Below are positions 25,333 to 32,000 of a DNA stretch of 32,000 bases, in pieces. The stretch is from Polynucleobacter sp. AP-Nino-20-G2 (GTDB lineage: Bacteria; Pseudomonadota; Gammaproteobacteria; Burkholderiales; Burkholderiaceae). A program made the position numbers and the translations under genes. The first letter of the stretch is position 1; each line of letters starts with the position of its first letter. Below the pieces are notes generated by a model, which saw only the letters and a list, made by a program, of their open reading frames with translations, did not search any database and was not told the origin of the DNA. The DNA is taken from positions 1,622,452-1,654,451 of the forward strand of contig NZ_CP061313.1 of assembly GCF_018688235.1 (NCBI RefSeq), in the 5' to 3' direction.

Positions 25333-27249
25333 TTATTTGCCCGCCGCTACCGGATTTGCGGTGGTATTTGCTGAATTTAGCACTGGAAAGCGCTGAAAAA
25401 TAGCCTTTGAAATACCTTCAGAGTCCAGACCACACTTACTCATCAAGAGTTTGTAATCGCCATGCTCAACAAACTCATCTGGAATACCCAATTGCAACAA
25501 AGGTTTATTCACGCCCATGGCAGACATCGCTTCCAAGCATGCACTTCCAGCGCCACCCTGAATAGCGCCATCTTCAATCGTCACAAAATAATCATGGTCT
25601 TGCGCCAATGATTTCAGTAGATCGATATCCAAAGGCTTAACAAAACGCATGTTAGCTACAGTCGCGTCACATTTTTTAGCAGCCTCTAATGCTGGATACA
25701 GGAGGGTACCAAACGCCAAAATTGCTACGCGCTGGCCAGTAGCTGCATTTGATTGACGACGTAACTCCCCTTTACCCAAGGGGACGGTGCGCAACTCTTT
25801 CGATGGGATAGCGCCAACACCAGCACCACGTGGATAGCGCACTGCACTGGGGTGTGGCTGATGAAATGCGGTCGTCAACAAATCACGGCACTCTGCTTCA
25901 TCGGCAGGAGTTAAAACCAACATATTCGGAATGCAACGCAAGAATGGAATGTCATACACACCCGCATGCGTTGCACCATCAGCACCAACTAAACCGGCGC
26001 GATCTAAGGCAAATAACACTGGCAGATCTTGAATCGCCACATCATGAATTAATTGATCGTAAGCGCGCTGCAAGAAAGTGGAATAAATCGCTACTACCGG
26101 CTTCATGCCTTCACATGCCATACCAGCAGCAAAGGTCACAGCATGCTGCTCGGCAATGCCAACATCATAATAGCGTTTAGGGAAATTCTTTTCAAACTCC
26201 ACAAGGCCAGAGCCTTCGCGCATGGCAGGCGTAATACCAATCAACAAAGGATCGGCATGCGCCATATCGCACAACCATTCACCAAATACTTGTGTAAAAG
26301 TTTTTTGAGCAGAGGCTACTGGCGCTTTAACGCCTTCCTCAGGATTAAATTTGCTCGGACCGTGATACAGAACAGGGTCTGCTTCCGCCAATTCATAACC
26401 CTGACCCTTGCGCGTCACAACATGCAGGAACTGAGGTCCACGACCTTCAATAGCCAAGCGACGGACGTTTTGAAGCATGGGGATTAAGGCATCCAAATCA
26501 TGCCCATCAATGGGGCCGAAATAATTAAAGCCAAACTCTTGAAAGATCGTCGATGGTGAAACCATACCTTTGGCATGATCTTCCAGACGCTTTGCGAACT
26601 CGCGCAATGGGGGCGCAATCGATAAAACGCTATCGATCCCTTTTTTGGTAGCGGAGTAAATGTTGCCACTGAGTAATCTCGCCAAATGACGATTGAGCGC
26701 GCCCACTGCGGGAGAGATCGACATGTCGTTGTCGTTCAAAATCACCACCAATGGCAAATCGTCATAAACACCGGCGTTGTTCATCGCTTCAAATGCCATA
26801 CCGCCCGTCATAGCGCTATCGCCAATCACAGCAACGGCTACCTGCCTCTCGCCTTTAGTTTGAAAAGCGCGGGCCATACCCATTGCAGCTGAGATACTTG
26901 TAGATGAGTGTCCAGTGCCAAAGGCATCGTATTCACTCTCAGAGCGGCGAGGGAAACCTGATAGGCCGTTGAACTGACGCAAGGTATTCATGCGCTCACG
27001 ACGACCCGTCAGAATTTTATGTGGATAACTTTGATGACCCACATCCCACACCATACGATCATGCGGTGTATCAAAAACATAATGAAGAGCGATAGATAGC
27101 TCTACCGTTCCCAAATTAGAAGAAAGATGTCCGCCAGTTTTAGAAACCGAATCCAAAACAAATTGGCGCAACTCGTCCGCTAAAGCAGGAAGTTGCTCAC
27201 GGGGGAGTTTTTTTAAATCGGCAGGAGAGTGAATAGAATTTAAAGTCAT
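25333..27249 (-). CDS. dxs: 1-deoxy-D-xylulose-5-phosphate synthase (start moved from TTG 27252 to ATG 27249)
   Basis: [53 protein letters not shown]. Confidence 0.97.
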   Translation of the reverse strand: MTLNSIHSPADLKKLPREQLPALADELRQFVLDSVSKTGGHLSSNLGTVELSIALHYVFDTPHDRMVWDVGHQSYPHKILTGRRERMNTLRQFNGLSGFPRRSESEYDAFGTGHSSTSISAAMGMARAFQTKGERQVAVAVIGDSAMTGGMAFEAMNNAGVYDDLPLVVILNDNDMSISPAVGALNRHLARLLSGNIYSATKKGIDSVLSIAPPLREFAKRLEDHAKGMVSPSTIFQEFGFNYFGPIDGHDLDALIPMLQNVRRLAIEGRGPQFLHVVTRKGQGYELAEADPVLYHGPSKFNPEEGVKAPVASAQKTFTQVFGEWLCDMAHADPLLIGITPAMREGSGLVEFEKNFPKRYYDVGIAEQHAVTFAAGMACEGMKPVVAIYSTFLQRAYDQLIHDVAIQDLPVLFALDRAGLVGADGATHAGVYDIPFLRCIPNMLVLTPADEAECRDLLTTAFHQPHPSAVRYPRGAGVGAIPSKELRTVPLGKGELRRQSNAATGQRVAILAFGTLLYPALEAAKKCDATVANMRFVKPLDIDLLKSLAQDHDYFVTIEDGAIQGGAGSACLEAMSAMGVNKPLLQLGIPDEFVEHGDYKLLMSKCGLDSEGISKAIFQRFPVLNSANTTANPVAAGK

Positions 27250-27265
27250 CAAATCTTAAGTAATC

Positions 27266-28168
27266 TTATTTGCCCCTATTGACCACCAATAGAGCCAAAT
27301 CTTGAAGGGCCCGTGCTTTATCGCCAAAGCCCTCTAAGCTAGCAATTGCTGTTTCTTGCAAATCTTTTGCCGCCTTCTTGGCATAGTCTAAACCCATCAA
27401 GGTTACATAGGTTGGCTTGTCATTCGCAGCATCTTTTCCTGCGGTCTTACCTAGCGTTTGACTATCAGCAGTGGCATCCAACACGTCATCCACAATTTGA
27501 AACGCCAATCCCAAAGCTTCAGAGTAATTGGCTAAATGCTGCATTTGACTTGGATTGAGCTGGGCAATAATGCCACCCAAAGCCACTGAGCAAGAAAGCA
27601 AGGCGCCAGTTTTCATGGCGTGCATTTGTTTCAATCCAGCGAGGTCTAATTTCTTACCGACACTCTCAAGATCAATCGCTTGTCCGCCAGCCATGCCACG
27701 TGAACCTGATGCGCTAGCCAATATACTAATCATCGCCAGTCGAACTTGTGCATCACATGGGGCGTTTGCCAAAATCTCAAAAGCACGGGTTTGCAAAGCA
27801 TCGCCGACCAATAATGCAGTCGCCTCATCAAATGCCTTATGCACCGTAGGTCGCCCTCGACGCAAATCATCATCATCCATGCAGGGCAAATCATCATGCA
27901 CTAGCGAATAAGCATGAATACATTCAATCGCAACAGCGGCTGCATCTAAGGCAGTCTGACTTGCTTGATTGCTTGTTTGAGCCAGCTCACCAGCGGCATA
28001 TACCAACAAAGGGCGAATACGCTTTCCACCACCTTGAGCGGCATAACGCATCGCCTCATGAAGGCGTATTGGATTGGTAGCGGCCGAGTCGAGCAAGCTC
28101 TCTAGCGCCAATTCAGTACGTTGTCCGTGCGCGCGAACCCAGTCGTCAAATGAAAGTGCGTTGGTCAT
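27266..28168 (-). CDS. ispA: Farnesyl diphosphate synthase IspA (start set at the internal ATG 28168)
   Basis: FARM motif LVHDDLPCMDDDDLRRG and SARM motif FQIVDDVLD. The track start at 28231 would overlap xseB by 41 nt. Confidence 0.9.
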   Translation of the reverse strand: MTNALSFDDWVRAHGQRTELALESLLDSAATNPIRLHEAMRYAAQGGGKRIRPLLVYAAGELAQTSNQASQTALDAAAVAIECIHAYSLVHDDLPCMDDDDLRRGRPTVHKAFDEATALLVGDALQTRAFEILANAPCDAQVRLAMISILASASGSRGMAGGQAIDLESVGKKLDLAGLKQMHAMKTGALLSCSVALGGIIAQLNPSQMQHLANYSEALGLAFQIVDDVLDATADSQTLGKTAGKDAANDKPTYVTLMGLDYAKKAAKDLQETAIASLEGFGDKARALQDLALLVVNRGK

Positions 28169-28190
28169 AACGGCTGAATTTGGGGGTAAC

Positions 28191-28424
28191 TTAGGCTTCA
28201 AAAACCCGAACCTGCTGCTCCACTTGGGCAAGGACTCCTTGGCAATGCTTCAACAAAGCAGCGCCCCGTTGATATGCCAATAAAGTCTCTTCCAAGGAGA
28301 ATTTGCCGGATTCCATGTCGGAAATGAGCTTTTCAAGCTCTTTTACTGCCTGCTCATAGCGCAAATGAGGGTCGATTTGAACCTCAAGACCGGGCTTCTG
28401 ACCCTCGGATTTCTTTGCTGGCAT
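28191..28424 (-). CDS. xseB: Exodeoxyribonuclease VII small subunit
   Basis: 77 aa. YEQAVKELEKLISDMESGKFSLEETLLAYQRG. It sits in the conserved xseB-ispA-dxs order. Confidence 0.9.
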   Translation of the reverse strand: MPAKKSEGQKPGLEVQIDPHLRYEQAVKELEKLISDMESGKFSLEETLLAYQRGAALLKHCQGVLAQVEQQVRVFEA

Positions 28425-28586
28425 TGACTTATTTCCTTCAAAATTCTCACAGATATAGCCCTACATATTAAAGCGAGATGGGGGTCGGATGGGTATAATC
28501 CCCTCCTTCCTTTCCAATATCGATCCGTCGATGGTTGGATTGGTTATTCCGCTTAGCTTCGGCTGACGTTTTCGGGGGTGGGGAGA

Positions 28587-29693
28587 ATGACTAATCTGGC
28601 TACCGCGCAGAAGCTTGCGCCGTCCAATCTACAACTGCCGGTTTCGGCATATTTTGACGTTGACTTGTATCAGCGCGAAATTGAACTGCTTTTTAAGCAG
28701 GGTCCTGGCTATGTAGGCCACGAACTCATGGTGCCTGAAATAGGCTCCTATCAAACCTTGACCTCAGAAAATGAAGGTCGACTGCTCGTTCGCAACAATC
28801 AGGGCGTTGAACTTCTCTCTAATGTCTGCCGCCATCGCCAAGCACTCATGCTCAATGGCGCAGGCAAAGCGGACAATATTGTTTGTCCACTGCATCGCTG
28901 GACCTACGATTTAAATGGCAGCCTTCTAGGCGCCCCACATTTTGAAGATAAGCCTTGCTTGAATCTAGGTAAGTCCCCTTTGCAAAACTGGCAAGGTCTC
29001 TTATTTGAAGGTCCTCGCGATGTGCGTACCGATTTAGCAAAACTTGGCGTTGCTGATGACCTGAAATTTGACGGCTATGTGCTTGATCATGTTGAGGTAC
29101 ATGAGTGCAATTACAACTGGAAAACCTTTATCGAGGTTTATCTTGAGGACTATCACGTTGTTCCATTTCATCCAGGCCTAGGCAAATTTGTTTCTTGCGA
29201 AGACTTGCGTTGGGAATTCGGTGACTGGCATAGCGTACAGACGGTAGGTATTCATAAGGATCTAGAAAAGCCAGGCTCACCGGTGTATCAAAAATGGCAT
29301 GAAGCAGTGCTGCGCCACCACGAAGGCAAAACACCTCGCCATGGTGCCATCTGGCTCACCTACTACCCTAATGTCATGGTTGAATGGTATCCAGGCGTGC
29401 TGTGCGTTTCTACCTTGCATCCCATGGGACCAAACAAGACACGCAATGTTGTCGAGTTTTATTACCCAGAAGAAATCGCGCTCTTTGAGCGGGAGTTCGT
29501 GGAAGCCGAACGCGCCGCCTATATGGAAACCTGCATCGAAGATGATGAGATTGCCGAGCGTATGGATGCGGGCCGCGCAGCCCTGCTAGCCCGTGGCCAG
29601 AATGAAGTAGGGCCGTATCAAAGCCCAATGGAAGATGGCATGCAGCATTTTCATGAATGGTACCGTCGCGCGATGGGCTACCAAGGCGCATAA
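28587..29693 (+). CDS. Rieske non-heme iron oxygenase, alpha-subunit-like (start moved from GTG 28578 to ATG 28587)
   Basis: Rieske boxes CRHRQALM and CPLHRWTY. Mononuclear-iron motif EDYHVVPFH. GGGGAGA SD before the ATG at 28587. Confidence 0.8.
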   Translation: MTNLATAQKLAPSNLQLPVSAYFDVDLYQREIELLFKQGPGYVGHELMVPEIGSYQTLTSENEGRLLVRNNQGVELLSNVCRHRQALMLNGAGKADNIVCPLHRWTYDLNGSLLGAPHFEDKPCLNLGKSPLQNWQGLLFEGPRDVRTDLAKLGVADDLKFDGYVLDHVEVHECNYNWKTFIEVYLEDYHVVPFHPGLGKFVSCEDLRWEFGDWHSVQTVGIHKDLEKPGSPVYQKWHEAVLRHHEGKTPRHGAIWLTYYPNVMVEWYPGVLCVSTLHPMGPNKTRNVVEFYYPEEIALFEREFVEAERAAYMETCIEDDEIAERMDAGRAALLARGQNEVGPYQSPMEDGMQHFHEWYRRAMGYQGA

Positions 29694-29765
29694 TTTGAGT
29701 ACGACTTGGGGGAAATTCTCCAAGCATCATGATGTGTTGTATTTCGTTTTGAATAGGAATACCAA

Positions 29766-30596
29766 ATGACGCCTCTAATTACCGCAAATCAATTAGAAGA
29801 AATTCTGAATAGTGGTGAAAATGTTCTGCTCTGCGATTGCCGCTTCGACTTAGTTGATCCACAAGCCGGAAGAAAATCCTACCTAGAGGGGCACATCCCT
29901 GGCGCAATTTATGTCGACCTTGATCAAGATTTATCCGGAAATAAGACTGGCAAAAATGGTCGCCACCCCCTTCCCACCCCCGAGGCTTGGGCGCATACGA
30001 AAACACGCTTGGGCATTGATTCAAAAACCCTAGTCGTTGCCTATGACAATCAGGGCTCTGTATATGCGAGCCGGTTGTGGTGGATGCTCAAAGCCACCGG
30101 TCACGCCAATGTACAAATTCTTGATGGTGGCCTCGACGCTTGGAATGGCCCGATTGGCACCTTGCCACGTCCACCCACACCAACGCCTTCGCCGCTACAG
30201 GCCATGCCTTATGTGGGATTGATCTTGGTTGATGATGTTATTGAAAACTTGCAGACCCAAAAGAATATCGTCATTGATGCGCGAGCCAATGATCGCTTCC
30301 ATGGTCAAAATGAGACTTTGGATCCAGTAGGCGGACACATCCCCAATGCAGTCAACCATTGCTTTAGAGAAAACCTATCCGGAAAATCATTTAAAGCACC
30401 TGAGCAACTTTATAAAGATTTTGTGGATCTCTTGGGGTCTATCAAAGCGTCTGAGGTGATTCACCAATGCGGATCAGGAGTAACCGCTTGCCACAACTTA
30501 TTGGCAATGGAGATTGCTGGACTTAAAGGCTCACGCCTGTATGCGGGTAGTTGGAGCGAGTGGTGTGCCGACCCCAGTAGGCCGGTTGCAAGCTAG
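29766..30596 (+). CDS. sseA: Tandem-rhodanese sulfurtransferase (3-mercaptopyruvate/thiosulfate type)
   Basis: Two rhodanese domains. The active-site loop CGSGVTA is typical of MST/SseA. Confidence 0.8.
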   Translation: MTPLITANQLEEILNSGENVLLCDCRFDLVDPQAGRKSYLEGHIPGAIYVDLDQDLSGNKTGKNGRHPLPTPEAWAHTKTRLGIDSKTLVVAYDNQGSVYASRLWWMLKATGHANVQILDGGLDAWNGPIGTLPRPPTPTPSPLQAMPYVGLILVDDVIENLQTQKNIVIDARANDRFHGQNETLDPVGGHIPNAVNHCFRENLSGKSFKAPEQLYKDFVDLLGSIKASEVIHQCGSGVTACHNLLAMEIAGLKGSRLYAGSWSEWCADPSRPVAS

Positions 30597-31366
30597 TGCA
30601 ATAACGACAATAAGATTACAAAGCCAACGCCGCACGCAATCAAAACAGTTTGACGCAAAGACTCCACCCAGTGCGGGCGACGATGCATTTGGGGAATGAG
30701 ATCGCTCACAGCGATGTAAATAAAACTACTAGAGGCAATCACCAATAGGTAAGGCATTGCGGCATGCGCTCTTTCTAAAAAGAAGTATGCCAATACTCCG
30801 CCAAGCACGGCAGATAACCCGCAGATAAAGTTATAGAACAAAGCTCTAGTGCGAGAGAATCCGGCATTGAGCAACACGATGAAGTCCCCGATCTCTTGGG
30901 GAATCTCATGAGCAATGATGGCAATAGCGGTAAAAATACCTACTTGGTAATCGGCCATAAATGCCGCGGCAATCAATACGCCATCCACAAAATTATGGAG
31001 TCCATCGCCCACCAAAATCATCCAACCACTGCGGCCCGCTACCTCGGCATCGTGACCATGATGATGTCCATGTCCATCGCCTTCATGATGATGGCTGTGG
31101 CGCAATAAAGCGATTTTCTCGAGCAAGAAAAATCCTAGAAGGCCCGCCAACAACGTGGCAAAAAGCATCTGGGTGTTCGCTCCCTGCATCGTGAAGGCTT
31201 CAGGCAAAGAGTGCAATAAAGCCGTTGCGAGCAAGATACCAACCGATACGCTCACCATGTTGTGAACCATCTTAGACAGCAGAGCCAAGGAGAAGCTAGC
31301 GGCAACTAAGACGCTAGCAGTGCCCGCTAAGGCGGTTACCAACAAGATGCTTTGCAGAACTGACAT
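30593..31366 (-). CDS. ZIP-family divalent metal transporter with a His-rich loop
   Basis: Polytopic protein with the loop HSHHHEGDGHGHHHGHD and the ZIP signature HNFVDG...AHEIPQEIGDF. Confidence 0.85.
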   Translation of the reverse strand: MSVLQSILLVTALAGTASVLVAASFSLALLSKMVHNMVSVSVGILLATALLHSLPEAFTMQGANTQMLFATLLAGLLGFFLLEKIALLRHSHHHEGDGHGHHHGHDAEVAGRSGWMILVGDGLHNFVDGVLIAAAFMADYQVGIFTAIAIIAHEIPQEIGDFIVLLNAGFSRTRALFYNFICGLSAVLGGVLAYFFLERAHAAMPYLLVIASSSFIYIAVSDLIPQMHRRPHWVESLRQTVLIACGVGFVILLSLLH

Positions 31367-31371
31367 ATAAA

Positions 31372-32000
31372 TTACACAACTCCGTTTTGCTTAAACCAAG
31401 CAATGCACTTTTCCCAACCATCTTTAGCCGGACCTTCGCGATAGCTTGCACGATAGTCCGCATGAAATGCATGAGGAGTATCTGGATAGATTTCAAAACG
31501 ACAGGCTTTGGCTGCCGGATTTTTTGGGGCTGCTTTTGCAAGCGCTTCACGCATTTGCTCAACGCTCTCTAAAGAAATGCCGGTATCAGCACCGCCATAC
31601 AGACCCAGAACAGGGGCTTTGAGGTCGGCCGCAATATCGACAGGGTGGCGAGGATTGCCCTCAGTTTTTTCACCAATCACTCGACCGTACCAAGCTACGC
31701 CAGCCTTAACCTGCGGTAATGTAGCGGAGAGCCAAGTAATGCGACCGCCCCAACAGAATCCGGTAACGCCGACTTTTTTCAAATCACCGCCATTTTTTCC
31801 AGCCCACACCAAAGAAGCTTGTAGATCATTTAAAACTTGCGCATCTGGGGTTGGGGCTACGATGTTTTTCTGTATCTCAGCAATCGTGCCGTAAGTATTC
31901 GGATCACCAACACGTGTAAAAAATTCAGGGGCGATGGCAAGGTAGCCTAATTTAGCAAAACGTCTAGTGACATCGGCAATGTACTCATGCACTCCGAAAA
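31372..32000 (-). CDS. Dienelactone hydrolase family protein, N-terminus beyond the right edge
   Basis: The frame is open to the window end. (F)GVHEYIADVTRRFAKLGYLAIAPEFF and GFCWGG (nucleophile elbow) resemble E. coli YsgA-type DLH. Confidence 0.85.
   Translation of the reverse strand, partial: FGVHEYIADVTRRFAKLGYLAIAPEFFTRVGDPNTYGTIAEIQKNIVAPTPDAQVLNDLQASLVWAGKNGGDLKKVGVTGFCWGGRITWLSATLPQVKAGVAWYGRVIGEKTEGNPRHPVDIAADLKAPVLGLYGGADTGISLESVEQMREALAKAAPKNPAAKACRFEIYPDTPHAFHADYRASYREGPAKDGWEKCIAWFKQNGVV

Noticed and set aside
28169-28231. Longer ispA start (track ATG 28231), giving a 321-aa protein.
   Set aside because: It would overlap xseB by 41 nt and add a non-conserved, basic 21-aa extension. 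The conserved IspA N-terminus begins at the ATG at 28168.
28425-28586. Possible riboswitch or RBS-sequestering leader upstream of the Rieske oxygenase: TATAAT at 28491-28496, and CCCCTCC complementary to GGTGGGG next to the SD.
   Set aside because: The pairing is only a 7-nt stretch with a U.U mismatch. I recognise no riboswitch motif and the -35 is poor, so the evidence is insufficient.

Overview
The window looks like a low-GC betaproteobacterial chromosome. By inference it is Burkholderiales/Polynucleobacter-like, from the gene order rpsU-dnaG-rpoD with divergent tsaD, xseB-ispA-dxs and folE2. It has three parts.

(1) nt 1-4.7 kb is a metal/arsenic block: a partial CDF exporter, a YdjA-like nitroreductase and arsenite oxidase aioBA.

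(2) nt ~4.8-17.7 kb is a mosaic integrative island of mostly unrecognisable genes. It carries two tyrosine recombinases, an operon with an RFC-like AAA+ ATPase, a DUF6876-like gene and an RDD-type membrane protein. It ends at a tRNA-Ile(CAU) gene split by an Azoarcus-type group I intron. Exactly 200 nt further on, abutting rpoD, lies a truncated intron-less copy of the tRNA 5' half. Between the tRNA and the large integrase is a very AT-rich, translationally coupled two-gene module: a ~304-aa soluble protein and a 166-aa four-TM protein, neither in a family I recognise. This is my top candidate for an undescribed system, possibly defence or abortive-infection-like. A palindrome AAATCGTTTNAAACGAWTT sits on the stop codons of three island genes, and two inverted copies of it build a peripheral hairpin of the intron.

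(3) nt 17.75-32 kb is housekeeping core: rpoD with a long Lys/Ala/Pro-repeat N-terminal extension, dnaG, yqeY, rpsU, tsaD, folE2, dxs, ispA, xseB, a Rieske oxygenase, a rhodanese, a ZIP transporter and a partial dienelactone hydrolase.

Several ORF-track starts are TTG/GTG artefacts and I moved them to nearby ATGs. No CRISPR array, rRNA or transposase was seen.
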